Part shown: positions 1 through 12,125 of the stretch, piece by piece
How the letters are laid out: every line of letters begins with the position of its first letter
Position numbering within the stretch: the first letter of the stretch is position 1
From: Octopus sinensis
Taxonomy: Eukaryota
Assembly (NCBI RefSeq): GCF_006345805.1
Contig: NC_042999.1
Location: 87,978,001-88,042,000, forward strand
Direction: 5' to 3'
DNA: 64,000 bases
Notes under the pieces: generated by a model
The model's input: only the letters and a program-made list of their open reading frames with translations
What the model was told of the DNA's origin: nothing
Databases searched by the model: none
Made by a program: the position numbers and the translations under genes

Positions 1-539
1 TGTGTGTGTGTATATGTGTATGAGTGTATATGTATGTATGCATATGCACATATGTATATGTACGTGTGTATGTGCGTACGTATGTCAGTTTACCTCCTTT
101 CCTCCTCTCTGATACCAAACATACTGACTTATAGACTCACATATGTCTATTTATAGGAATTTGACATGCTTGTATTCTTCCCACCACTTTAATTTTTACT
201 ACTAAAACAACTACTCAATTTGGTATCACTCCACTCATACCTTTTATCTACCCTTGATGCAGCTCTATCATATCACGCCTACTCACATATCTCACATCTA
301 TTCAATCCTTACTTTCTCATCTCTTCTTATCCTCTCACTCCTCTCCCATCCTCCCCTCACATTATATTGACCGCCAGCTAACACTCCCTTTCTCACTTCT
401 TTCACCCTTTCATTTCATTGGTTTTTTTTCACACTTTTCACTTTTTCCCTCTCACTTTTTGTTTCTTTTTTCTTTTTCTTCCTATCATTTTCTCTTCCTG
501 TTTTCATTTTCAACTATCTTTTCATTCTATCATACACAT

Positions 540-880
540 CTCTCCACCCCATCTATCCACAAATACTACCAATACATACTCAAATTTTCATTCACACCAC
601 AAGACCCTTTCAAATGAGCAACACAGAATCCACGGCTCCATACTTTGAAATGACTAAACATGAACTACTATTGGAACTTACCGGATACAGGAAACTTTTT
701 TTTACCGCTTATATACACCATTTTCCTCGAATAATGGAACTGCAACTATATATATTTATATTGTACTTCTACTTTCATTCACTATTTCCCATTATATTCC
801 CTATCTCCTCCTTTTCTATAAGAATTCCTTATTTCGAACTCAAATATTTACCTCTATTTAACAATCTCACATCGTCTCTG
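540..880 (+). mobile_element. Possible highly decayed Penelope-like (GIY-YIG region) remnant
   Basis: The stretch TTNTYSNFHSHHKTLSNEQHR loosely resembles the F-K-x-R-Y-x-x-H-x-x-S-F-x-N-E-x-H-R segment of PLE endonucleases. The similarity is weak and judged by eye only. Confidence 0.25.
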
Positions 881-894
881 ATGAAGTGATATCC

Positions 895-1055
895 ATACAC
901 ATATATATACAACGGTCTTCTTTCAGTTTTCGTCTACTAAATCCACACACAAGGCTTTGGTCGGCCCGAGGTTATAGTATAAGACACTTGCCCAAGGTTC
1001 CACGCAGAGAGACTGAATCCAGTTGGGGAACGGGCTTCCTAGCACACAGCCACAA
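895..1055 (-). mobile_element. tRNA-derived SINE, 5' part
   Basis: Reverse complement of the family head seen full-length at 39149 (…cttgggcaagtgtctt…ctcgggccgaccaaagccttg…gtagacgaaaactgaaagaag…). Confidence 0.8.
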
Positions 1056-1439
1056 TGAGAAATATATCATGTGTCGGCATATTTATGAGTCAACCGCGGC
1101 GGAATGTGAACTCAGAACGTAAAGACATACGATATGCCGTAAGCATTTCACCCGGTGTGCTAACGAGTCTGCCAGCTCGCAGTTCATCCAAGACTGAAAA
1201 ATATTCTGAGATTGAATTGATTAACTGCAGAACTTGAAAGATGTATCCCAGCAACATAGTCTAAAGTCTAAAAGTAACAAAGTAATAATTCTTTAAAGTA
1301 TAAACTTTCTCGCTCATTACGGTTGCTTTACTTATATTGTCCATATTAGTTACGATATGTATATATCATACTCAAAATATTGTATCTGTTGATCTGTTTA
1401 TAACCAAATCTCGAGTTAGTATTCACTGAATAATTATGG

Positions 1440-1626
1440 AAAATAATCCCTTCTACTAAGGCACAAGGCCTGAAACTTTGTTTCACTCTTACGTAATTAA
1501 TAGACCCCGAAAGGATGAAAGGCAAGGTAAACCTTGGCGGAATTTGAACTCAGAATGTAGCCACGAGCGAAATACCTCTAAGCATTTCGCCCGGTGTGCT
1601 AAAGATTTTACCAGCTCGCCGCCTTA
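1440..1626 (-). mobile_element. tRNA-derived SINE (second family)
   Basis: gaccccgaaaggatgaaaggcaa…ggcggaatttgaactcagaa…cccggtgtgctaa…ccagctcgccgcc. Related copies lie at about 1095-1190, 32300-32510, 43830-44010, 44480-44610 and 62575-62945. Confidence 0.8.
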
Positions 1627-1950
1627 GATTAAGAAAGATAATAAAACATGAAGAGAACGTAACAGTGTAAGTTAATATAAAAATGTTATATTCCCCAGTA
1701 TTTGAAGGACTGTAAATCTCCTCACCGATTTCATATAATTCCAGAAACTGTTTCACTGGATATTTTACGTTTGTTAAAAATCAATGTAATATACATAATT
1801 TCTATATACTACGTTTCAATACATTGCTTATTAAATTTTATTAATGAGTCCATCCAACAAGTACCATAATGCGTATGGTCAATATATTTGTAGATTCACT
1901 GAGCCTACTGGTAAATGTATATACTATATGCACAATGATTGTGCATATAG

Positions 1951-1952
1951 TA

Positions 1953-2045
<93 letters not shown>
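1951..2045. repeat. (TATC)n microsatellite
   Basis: Direct reading. Similar tracts at about 51929-52030 and 56295-56412. Confidence 0.95.
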
Positions 2046-2056
2046 GCGAATAAATA

Positions 2057-3326
2057 CAGGGTGTCCCGAAATTAAGGCAACGGAAGTTTCGATCTTTAAT
2101 AACTATCAATAGATGTGATAAGATATGAAAATTATACATCACTATAAAATCTTAGCGTGTCTTCTTTTTGATTCAAACTAAATAAAGTCAGATTTATAAA
2201 TTTGATAATGGCTATAGACCGAAATTCAATCAAACTCTCCACAAAAGAGGCGAAGGTAATACAGCTATAGCAGAATAGTATAAAATTAACCGAACAGCAG
2301 TCTGGAAATTTGTAAAGAAATTTCAAGAGACTGGTTCCACTGCTGATCGACTAGGACGGGACCGAAAAAGAAGTGTGTGGGTCCCTTAGCTTATCAAAAG
2401 TACCAGAGAAAAGATACGGCGAAATCCACGTCGTTCCGCCAGAAAATCTCTGCCACAGCAAAAATAAGCCGAACATCGATATATCGAGTGTTGAACGAAC
2501 CTCAGGACCCACCCCTACAAAATGATCCGCCGTCATGACTTCCCGCACGTTAATAAGGTCATGAGACTGGAGAGAAATAGCCTTATCTTGCGTCAGGTTA
2601 CTGAAGGTACACTTCCCAACCTAGTTTTCAAGGATGAAAAGGAATTTGACACCTAACAAACAGTAAACTACCAGAATGGCCGCCTTTGGAGCGTATCTGG
2701 CTCCATCGAGGGTAGACTCGTAAAGCGACGTCAAATTCCACCGTCAGCTATGGTTTAGGCGGCTGTGACAGCCACTGGAAGGTCTGCTGTCCTTTTTTGT
2801 GACCTCGGGTGTTAAAATTAACGCTCACCGATATGTTAGCAACAATCAGGACGCTGAACCGCTTCCATTGACGAATGAGCACTTTCGAGGAGCATCGTGG
2901 AGCTTCCAAGACTCGGCACTACTCCACAGCTCCAAACAGACACAACACTGGATTCAGAAAAACATTCTGTTGTTCATAGACGAGGATATATGGAGCTCAA
3001 GAAACCCCGATCTCAACCCATTGGATTTTTCTGTTTGACCAGTTTGAAGATGAAGGTCTCGAGCACTCCTTATGCTTCGCTTGACACTCTGAAGGCAAAT
3101 ATGTACCAAGAATGAGCTTTAATTTCCCCAAGAACAGCTGCGTGCCATGTATGAAGCATTTGCACCTAGACTTAAGGCTGTGATTCGAAACAAATGTGGT
3201 CATATGGAATAAATGTGTAGTGTCATAACTGTTTCCTCGAAACCGAGCACTTGGACCCGAAATATAACAATATTTTGCTTTGGCAAAATTGAAAAAAGTT
3301 GGTTGCTTTAATTTTGGTACTCCCTG
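2057..3326 (+). mobile_element. Tc1/mariner-superfamily element, maT-type (DD37D), with transposase pseudogene
   Basis: Imperfect TIRs CAGGGTGTCCCGAAATTAAGGCAAC and GTTGCTTTAATTTTGGTACTCCCTG, with TA on both sides. Broken frames give KIRRNPRRSARK, VFKDEK, and FQDSA…NPDLNPLDFSV with 37 residues between the second and third Asp. Confidence 0.9.
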
Positions 3327-3439
3327 TACACACAAGCACACACACACACACACGCGCGCGCGCGCACACACACACACACACAAACGTACGCATTCATATT
3401 TATGCATGTATATGTTTATATTTATGTGTATATGTATAT

Positions 3440-3749
3440 CACCATGATCACCGTGACCGACCAGGCTATCAGATGTTGCAACACATCGCTGGTCACAATG
3501 CGCTTCGCATTCTTTTAGCCTTCGAATGATGCCACCCCGCTGGCTAAGCAAGCAGGCCAACAGAAGAAAGAGTGAGAGGAAGTTGTGGCGAAAGAGTACA
3601 GCAGGGATCACCACCATCCCCTGCCGGAGATCGTGGAGCTTTAGGTGTTTTCGCTCAATAAACACTTACAACACCCGATCTGGGAATCGAAACCGCGATC
3701 CTACGACTGCGAGTCCGCTGCCCTAACCATTGGCCCAATGCGCCTCCAC
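3440..3749 (-). mobile_element. tRNA-derived SINE (third family, near full length)
   Basis: Minus strand begins gtggaggcgcattgggccaatggttagggcagcggactcgcagtcgtaggatcgcggtttcgattccc, a tRNA-like head with A and B boxes. Confidence 0.85.
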
Positions 3750-3750
3750 G

Positions 3751-3755
3751 TATAT

Positions 3756-3834
<79 letters not shown>

Positions 3835-3863
3835 TATATATATATTATATATTATATATATAT

Positions 3864-3907
<44 letters not shown>

Positions 3908-3948
3908 TATATATATATAATATATATATATATGTATATATATATATA

Positions 3949-4020
<72 letters not shown>
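3751..4020. repeat. (AT)n microsatellite
   Basis: Direct reading. Many further (AT)n, (CA)n and (TATG)n tracts occur throughout, e.g. 11755-11817, 29200-29540, 30258-30510, 39865-39991. Confidence 0.95.
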
Positions 4021-4117
4021 CATTTCAACAATTGAGGGTAAAATTAATTAATTATTATCAATTTCACCAAGTATTCAGTATGCAAAGGGACCATTTAAGG
4101 CGAATTCAAATTATTAC

Positions 4118-4473
4118 ATTATATAAAAGGGCTTAGTAAAATAAATTACTTTGCCGCATACTGAACTCATTAGAAATAGTAGCTTAAAAAACTTTTTTAA
4201 AACTATTTCTAATACTTAAAGAAAACCTCTCTCATATAGTGTTTGCTCAATTCAACTCACGAAAGTATGGGGGTAAAGACATTAAAAAATCAAATGCAAA
4301 GGTTTTTGATTTTTTAATGTCTTTACCCCCATACTTTCGTGAGTTGAATTGAGCAAACACTATATGAGAGAGGTTTTCTTTAAGTATTAGAAATAGTTTT
4401 AAAAAAGTTTTTTTAGCTACTATTTCTAATGAGTTCAGTATGCGGCAAAGTAATTTATTTTACTAAGCCCTTT

Positions 4474-4481
<8 letters not shown>
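4118..4481. repeat. Near-perfect palindrome, ~177-bp arms with a 10-bp spacer
   Basis: 4118-4294 is the reverse complement of 4305-4481; the spacer is tgcaaaggtt. The left arm continues as unique sequence to about 4021. Confidence 0.95.
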
Positions 4482-4518
<37 letters not shown>

Positions 4519-4519
4519 T

Positions 4520-5150
4520 CGAAGTGTACAGTGTTATATATCCATTACAGCCGATCTAAGCAATCGGTTTCGCAGTAGGGATTCAAAGGAGTGTTAAGCA
4601 AGAGTCCGATTATGTAACCCTTCTCTCATCAGAGGTAACCGTTATGGAATGAAATATGACGACTCCTCTGTATTGTTGGAGATGAATAGATGCATCCGGT
4701 TAGTGGTTGCTGTGAAAAATCTGATGAAACGAATCGGGATTGAGTAAGGAGTCATGTTCCTTGGTACCAAAACATCGTATCTGGAGGCGGTTTTGTTGCA
4801 AGTCGGCAACAGTTTTCTGGAAAAGTGTTTGTAGGAAATGTGTGTGTGTTTAAGCTTGGCGTTCTTGTGGAAATGGAATATGTGTAGTGGTACTATATGT
4901 ATAGGCCCTGTGTAGGTGCAGACGTTACGCACATCTGCGTTTGTTAATATGTGTGCATACAGAGTATGTAGGGGTACAATATGTGTTGGAAGTTATATTG
5001 GAGGTTGTGGAAAAAAGTGTATTGGGTAGGCGTACGCCGTGCTGGGTCGTGTCTGTTTGTTTGTGGGTGTGTTAGTGTATGTTTTAGATCAAACCCTTTG
5101 CTGGACTCCCCGGTATTGGTGGCGGGCCGAAGTTGGGAGACTGGTGATTA
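4520..5150 (-). mobile_element. Decayed Penelope-like element 3' region with a degenerate hammerhead core
   Basis: The minus strand has C…CTYTGP-like coding remnants followed by CTGATGA (4632-4626) and GAAAC (4571-4567). Stems II and III no longer pair well. Confidence 0.4.
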
Positions 5151-5706
5151 TAGTCATATATACACACATACACATGTATGTATAATTATATAGTCATATA
5201 TAATCACGCATTAAATTACACTGAATAAAGCTTCTGGGATAAATGTCCACGAGGTATTAATTCTCGTGTGCCAAGGATATGACAGAAAAGAATGCATAAG
5301 GGAGTAACAAACAATATAGAGACATGCATGTAGTTCGGGAACACTCGTTATATAAAAAGAAAAACAGAAAGCAATTAGAAAGGCTCAGTAGAAAAAATGA
5401 GTAATTTTAAAATTTAAATAAATTAGCTTCTATATAATCGAGAAATTGCTAATTTTTTAAAATTTTATTGGCTATTTTTCGAAACACACTGCAAAATTTA
5501 TGTAAAACCGGTATACCTATCGTTAAATAATTTCTAATAATTCTGAATATTCAGCTCATGTGACCAGCTGCTTCTGAATCTTAATCTTAATTCCATGAAC
5601 ACTTGCAGCTATTATTCGTGCATGCACATTGCTATTTGTTGTAGTGGCTATAGCAGTGACCATTTACTTCAGCAACTCGATTTAATTGGAGAGCTGTGGG
5701 AAGAGG

Positions 5707-5944
5707 CTACTGATCGTTTGACATGTAGGTAGGAGTTGGAAAAAAAGCGGTGGGGATTAAGAATATAATTATTGCTAACAAGTATAATTTGTTGGGCCAG
5801 TTAATGAAAGTATTTCCTATGGATATCATTCTCTTGTCTACCGTGAATAATAGAAATGAAGTCTGCCCGCTGGACAACATTTCACAGTAATCTGAAAATT
5901 CTGAATCATCCAAAACAACAAGTGTGTGATGAAATGTCTTTACT
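5707..5944 (-). CDS. Candidate (terminal) coding exon of an unidentified gene
   Basis: Acceptor ttttcctttcatgggtctacag|A. Phase-2 start matches the end of exon 9350-9211. Open for about 79 codons: (L)VKTFHHTLVVLDDSEFSDYCEMLSSGQTSFLLFT…KLYLLAIIIFLIPTAFFPTPTYMSNDQ*. Confidence 0.55.
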
Positions 5945-6628
5945 CTGTAGACCCATGAAAGGAAAATATAATCGACCTCTACATTATAATACATTCACAT
6001 GTTTGAATTTATGCAATTATACGGACACTGAAAACCACAGGTGGCCTTCTGAATTGAATTGAAAAATTGAAACATGCTCACGCAGACACTTATAAACAAG
6101 TTCGGCGACTGAAATAACACATCACGCGTTAAAAGGGATCTATAACATACTGCGTTCTGTCACTGTGTTTTAGGAATTGTGATGATTGCAAAAAGCAGGA
6201 GGGAAATGCATATCATTATATATGCATCCATACACAGACACTCGCGCGCACAGTCCTATACACACACATACGCATGCTAGCTTATATAAATATCCGTAGT
6301 TATTGATGCAGATAGTAATTTATTGTATGTGTATGTAAGAAATGCTATGCTAATATAGCTGAATTATTAAATAACAGAGTGTTCAGCTTAGCGAATATGG
6401 GAAAGTGAAAATTGTTGTCTGTTAAAGGAATATGTGTTTTTACAGTGGTAAAGAGATAAATGACAAAATTAATTATGTTCGAATATATGGAAACAAAATG
6501 TGAGTCAGAACTGTTTTTCTCTTCTGCTAAGCAAGACAACAGATTACTCCCACCCCACCAAATGTATTACATGATACATCTCTCCCTCTCCTCTCTCTGT
6601 ATCCTTCTATTTTTCTGTGTGATTGTGA

Positions 6629-6676
<48 letters not shown>

Positions 6677-6729
6677 AAAACAGTCAAAACGACACTGACT
6701 AAAACAGTCAAAATCTGTCACCACTATCG

Positions 6730-7895
6730 CCTAAACATTTCTACTCAATGCACAAGGCCTTCATACCAATGCCCCAAAATGGAAGATCCCAGTTATTGAG
6801 GACTGGGTTAATGACCATCCACACCATATCCCCTTTTTCGGCTGAAGCAATGGACGTATTTACCAATAGCTACTATGAAGCAGCTTCTTTGTATAGTAAA
6901 CCAACAATTTAATAGTAGTTGGGCTCTATAGGCCACCCCTAACTCCTTTACTACGCTTCAAGGAATATCTCAACATTGTTAAGTGTTTCATCCATCAGTG
7001 TTATACTGACATATTAATGATGGGGGTCTTCAACAACCTTTCCAGTGTTGATTGGTCCACAAACAACTTGAAACCAGGGTTTTCCACCTTAGCCTCTGAT
7101 AAGGAAGCAATCGAATTGCATTTTGATTTCATGGATGACTTTTTCCGGACCCATCTTGTTCTCGAACCAACAAGGTATTACAAAAATATCTCGGACCTAG
7201 TGTCCAGTAACCACACTGACACTATCCTCAATATTCCTGTGGAAAAACACTACTAGTCTCAGACCATGACATGGTTCTCTGCGATCTGAGATTCTATCAT
7301 CCAAAAATCAAATCCAGTGACATCTCTCCAGTCCATCCATTTGACACTATGGAGCTTCATAACGCAGACAGGGATGCAATCAATCATGATTTTTCACAAG
7401 TTGATTGGGCCTTTACGTACGCACCCCCACCACCAACATAAACACACCATAGCAGGCATTTGTAGATACTGTAACAAATACATGCGCAAAACATACTCCA
7501 TTCAGATAAGTATGCAAATCTAAGTGCAGAATCCCTAGAAATAGAAAGGCAATTATCAGAAAAATACAAAGAATTAACAAGAAAATCAACCAACTGAAAT
7601 ACTGCCAACAGCAACACACTCATTCGACTGCCATTGCATCACTCGAATCGGAAAAACACCACCTCCAAAAAAGCATGATGACCTTCATTAACAAAGAGCA
7701 GCTGAAAAAAGTTGGGCCATTTGGAAAATAAAACTCAATCCCAAAGTGTTCTTTTCACTTGCGAAAAATATAAAGACGCTGTTTCCACTGTTGGTCTTCT
7801 GGTTCATGAAAACAACACTGTACATGATGCAAAATCCATGTGTGAGATACTGCAGAGACAATACTACTCTGTCTTCAGTAAAGTTAATGTGGCTA
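6730..7895 (+). mobile_element. CR1/L2-like LINE remnant (APE endonuclease region)
   Basis: ORF 7017-7256 reads MGVFNNLSSVDW…FMDDFFRTHLVLEPTR…ISDLVSSN…SDHD, matching the GDFN…W…EPTR…LDLV…SDH motifs. Many stop codons. Confidence 0.75.
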
Positions 7896-7904
7896 GTATC
7901 TGGC

Positions 7905-8875
7905 TAGTATCGAGCTGCTGCAATTTTTGTCTGGTTCCCAAAGAAACGTGCGGTCTTGCATTATCATGTTGGAAAACAATACTCTTCCTGTTGGTCAATT
8001 CTGAATGTTTCTCTTGAAATGCTGCTTTTAACTCGTCCAGTTGTGTGCAGTATTTCTCAGAATTAATTGTCTGGTTACTTGGGAGAAACTCATACTACAG
8101 AATTCCTTTCCAATCCCACCAGACAGAAAGCAAGACTTTTTAGGGTGAAGACCCGCTTTTGGGGTGGCTAAGGGTAGCTCATGTCACTTACTCCAGGATC
8201 GCTTTCTCTGAACATTTCGGTAGATAATCCATTTCTCATCACCTGCCACAATTTGCTTTAAAAAAGGCGCGTTTTCATTCCGTTTATAAAACGAATCACA
8301 GATGGAAATGCGATCCAAAAGGTTCTTCTTACTCAACGCATGTGGTAGCCAAACATCGTAGCGATTTTGTGTACCCAAGCTTTACCAGGTGCTCCTGAAC
8401 GACGGATTTTATAGGTTGAGGCTTTCTGCCAGTTCTCGGGTTGTGCAATGTGGGTTATTCTCAATTAATGACTTGATTTGGTCATTATCTGTAGTGGATG
8501 GTCTGCCTGATCGCTCTTTATCAACAAGGCTACAATCTCCAGCTCGGAATCTTGCGAAACACTTCTGTACAGTTCTTTCAGATAAAGAAACATCACCGTA
8601 AACTGCGCATAGTTTCTTTGGTTGCTTGTGAGGCATTTTTCCCTTTACGGAAAAAGAAAAGCATCAAGTGCCGAAAATGAACTTATCTTCCATTTTAAAG
8701 GGTTACAGAATTAACACAGGTTATAGGAACATAAACCTTCTTCCACGAAAAGATAGCTTAAATAATGATCTAAATGGAGGTGTAGTAAAATCCTATTTTA
8801 TGGACTCAACCATGTTCTAAAATAAGTCGAAAGGCAAGCTACTATAAATCAACACGAACTTTCCGGACAACCCAA
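7905..8875 (-). mobile_element. mariner (DD34D-type) remnant, 3'-truncated
   Basis: 5' TIR TA|TTGGGTTGTCCGGAAAGTTCG. Transposase motifs WFARFRAG…RSGRP, WLPHAL, IVAGDEKW, VWWDWKG, FQHDNARPH. Confidence 0.9.
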
Positions 8876-9210
8876 TAAAATTGTTAGTAGAGTTTTATTT
8901 TGAAAATAACTGTTGAAGACTGTTGAAATAAGTTTGAAAAGAACTGTCGAAGACTCTTGAAATAATTGAAATAACGTAACCACCCCGGAACGGAGGTGGT
9001 TCCATCTTCATTGTATAATTTCACCATTCCATTATTTCATGTGTTGATTGTCCCCGCATGTGTGTATTGTCCCATCTATGTTTAGCCCCTTGTGGGTAAT
9101 AAATAAATCAGTTTATAGGATTTACTTATTTTTCGTTTTTTTTTAAACAAAAAGTTTAACCAAATGTTTTTCTCTGTGTTTCACTGTCTCTAAAATAAAT
9201 CACGACTTAC

Positions 9211-9350
9211 AATTTCATCTCCTTTTCGTCTACATAATTCACCACCGAGGCGTGAGGTTCAACATCCACCTCCGGCCCCAGTGGATTCACTCTTTCATAA
9301 TGTCTTTCAATTTTGAAATTCTTGTAAGTTTTTGGTGTTAACAGTTGCTC
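9211..9350 (-). CDS. Candidate internal coding exon (140 bp, phase 0 to 2) of an unidentified gene
   Basis: Strong acceptor ttttatttaatttgctttgcag|G and strong donor ATT|gtaagt. The only open frame is EQLLTPKTYKNFKIERHYERVNPLGPEVDVEPHASVVNYVDEKEMK. Locally higher GC. Confidence 0.7.
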
Positions 9351-9559
9351 CTGCAAAGCAAATTAAATAAAATTTGGGATTTTGCGGAGGGTCAACATTG
9401 GTGTGTGTGTGGGGTGGGAAGGGTGTTGGTGGTGCGTGTGTGTGTAAGGTTAAAGACCCTTTTCGATCACGATTTTCTTCCGAGGCACATGTCGGGGCAA
9501 ATTTGTTTGTAGAAGACAAGCAGTTGCTAATGCATACCAGTCTCCCCTTTCCACGCCAA

Positions 9560-9960
9560 CGATCATCTCGTCCAAGGAAAAGGCAAAGGCCGATGCAGGT
9601 CGTTACCGGTGACGTCGGATCTGATTACATTATAGAGTTGTTAGAACGAAAGTATATAAATGTGTATCATAAGGAGAGGAAAGATTTTTCGCAGGTAAAA
9701 AAGGCAGATACAAAATATTCTGGGTCAATAAGTAGAATTATGTAAATAAAATACTATACTGGGATCTCAATAGTCAACACAACAAGAATGGAAGGTAGAT
9801 TTGATTACATTGTAGAGATGCTAGAGCGAAGGCATATAAATGTGTGATACACGCAAATGATTAGAAGAAGATTGTCTCCTCGCAGGCAAAAACAGCAGGT
9901 ACAAGTTATTCAGTAAGAATAATTATTTAAATGAAATACATATAGTGGTGGCGTGAATCG
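9560..9960 (+). mobile_element. RTE-like LINE endonuclease N-terminal remnants, two tandem diverged copies
   Basis: DYIIELLERKYINV and DYIVEMLERRHINV, each followed by a GK…YK segment (about 9620-9770 and 9790-9960). Confidence 0.6.
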
Positions 9961-9999
9961 GGCGGAATATTTAATCTAATTGAAATATGCGATTGAATA

Positions 10000-11050
10000 T
10001 TTAAGCTTGGACTGTTTGTAAGATAAAGTAACGGTAGCTGTTACTTTTCCTTATGCATCACAATCATGAGTGATTGAACAAAGCGACTAATTCTGTGAGC
10101 CCCTGTTTAGAACTGCTTCGATAATAAACGACAGCAGTATCATAATCTTGGTTGGCCACTTTATCGGACATGCTTGGTAGCATTATGATGGCATTTATGG
10201 ATATACATGATCGTATTTGATATGGATCTATGAAAGATGAGGTATCAGATGAACCATTCAGCTGCAACGCGAAATTTAAGGAAACCAACCAACCGCTTGA
10301 GCACTTTTCAACTAGGCAAACTTACAATCCAAATAGATTTCATACGCATGATGAAACAGGATAGGCACATTATTGTACATATTAAGTCTTTCCCTGGTGA
10401 AGGGTGTATCCTCTGATAAAACTAACTGATTTCTGACTTCAGAATTAAGAGCTAGTCGGAATGAGAAACAAAAGACATTCTGGAGAAGAGAGGAGTGAAT
10501 ACGAAAACATACTTCTGCTAAATATGTATAGATGTCAATTAAGATGGCTGGGATAGACTTGGTAACGGAGATTTTACGAGACAATCGATTGAATGTTACT
10601 TATTAGTTTTGTGTCTAGAACAAAGTCAATCCAGAGGTGAGTTAACGTGGTTTTGGAATAACTCTGAATAGAGAGCAATAAAGGTTAAAAGACAGACATA
10701 GATAGTATGGAAGAAAAAGCGTAAGAGAGAGAACTATATCATGTTGCTAAGAGAGGAGTTAGATACCAAGTATATATTGCTCGAAAAGAAGCAGAGGAAA
10801 GCTCCTCCAGTGTTCTGTGATGAAGGAGGGGATCGGAAGCGAGAGATATTTAGGATTGCAAAGCAGTATGCTCATGGATGATAGCAAATAGATAAAGAAG
10901 GGCTATGGATGCAAATGGAAGCCTATCATGAAAGAATAAATCCGAGAAAGATATGGGCAGAAGTAATGGAACTTGATGACAGGATGGTGAATCTCTCGAG
11001 CAACATCATAAAAGAACGTAGCAAATAGCCGAGTAAGGAAGGATCTGTTC
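10000..11050 (+). mobile_element. RTE-like LINE fragments
   Basis: Degenerate LEHF…ENILL…QLRWLG (to about 10560) and VYIARKEAEE…IFRIAKQ (about 10650-11050). Confidence 0.55.
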
Positions 11051-11754
11051 AAGTCATGGAAAGAGAACGTAAAAATGATAGTTGATTATGATGATACTAT
11101 TTTTAACATGTGTGTCAGTATTTGGAAATTTTATAGCATATATTTGTGGAAGCGCATGATTTAGTGCTCAGGGTGTTGGACTAACGATCGTAAAATAGTG
11201 GTTTCGATTCCTGGAAAGGGTAATGTGTCATGTATTTGAGAAAAAAAAAACACTTCATTTCACTTTGCTGTAGTCCACACAGCTGGTGCAAATAAGGAAT
11301 CCAGGGACAGGTCGGTGGCCCACTCCGAGCGGAATATACACGCCAGAGAAACCGGGCAACCAGCTTTAAGATCCTTACAGAGCAGTGTGGTCTAACCACC
11401 ATATTACATGTTTAATTAAATTTATAATAACTAATCGGGCATAATCCAATGGAATATGGAAAGTCTGGAAAATATCATTACTTATTTCCAACTCTTTCGT
11501 AAATCGAATAACAAATTTTAATGAGAAAGTAAATGTTAGGTAATAAATGTCATCACACTTCATTAAAATTTATAGGAAGTAAATTGAAATCATTTATATT
11601 TTCTTTGAATATTTTATAGAGACATCACTCAAGCATATCTAAGAGGGCCTACTTCATACTAATTAAAATGTATTCATAAACCGAATACCTGTTAATACAA
11701 ATATTTCATTATCTGAAAAACCTTAACTGCCACAACTAGCTTACAGTATTCACA

Positions 11755-11819
<65 letters not shown>

Positions 11820-12086
11820 ATCTATATCAATATATGTGAGAGTGTGTGTGAAATAGTTGTAAGTGGTTGAGTATTTCAAGGCCACAGGGTAGAATCAGCG
11901 AGAAACATTGTGCACAAGATTGCAATTTTGAAATACAAACAGAAAACATCCGTTGGGCATTTATATAACTTTCCTTTAGCCAATCATACACACACTTGGT
12001 CATGATGCCACCCGGTGGGATTGACTCTGGGATCTCATTACTAAGAAGCGAAATTTATATACAATGTATATAAATATATGTAAACA

Positions 12087-12120
<34 letters not shown>

Positions 12121-12125
<5 letters not shown>

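Noticed and set aside
3680-3749. tRNA-like sequence
   Set aside because: It is the head of a SINE continuing into a ~300-bp body, not a stand-alone tRNA gene. The same holds for other tRNA-like heads.
10327-10416. Minus-strand segment with ag…gtaagt boundaries and an open frame (DTPFTRERLNMYNN…)
   Set aside because: It lies antisense within an RTE-like LINE remnant, and its phase (1 to 1) does not fit the neighbouring exon at 9350.
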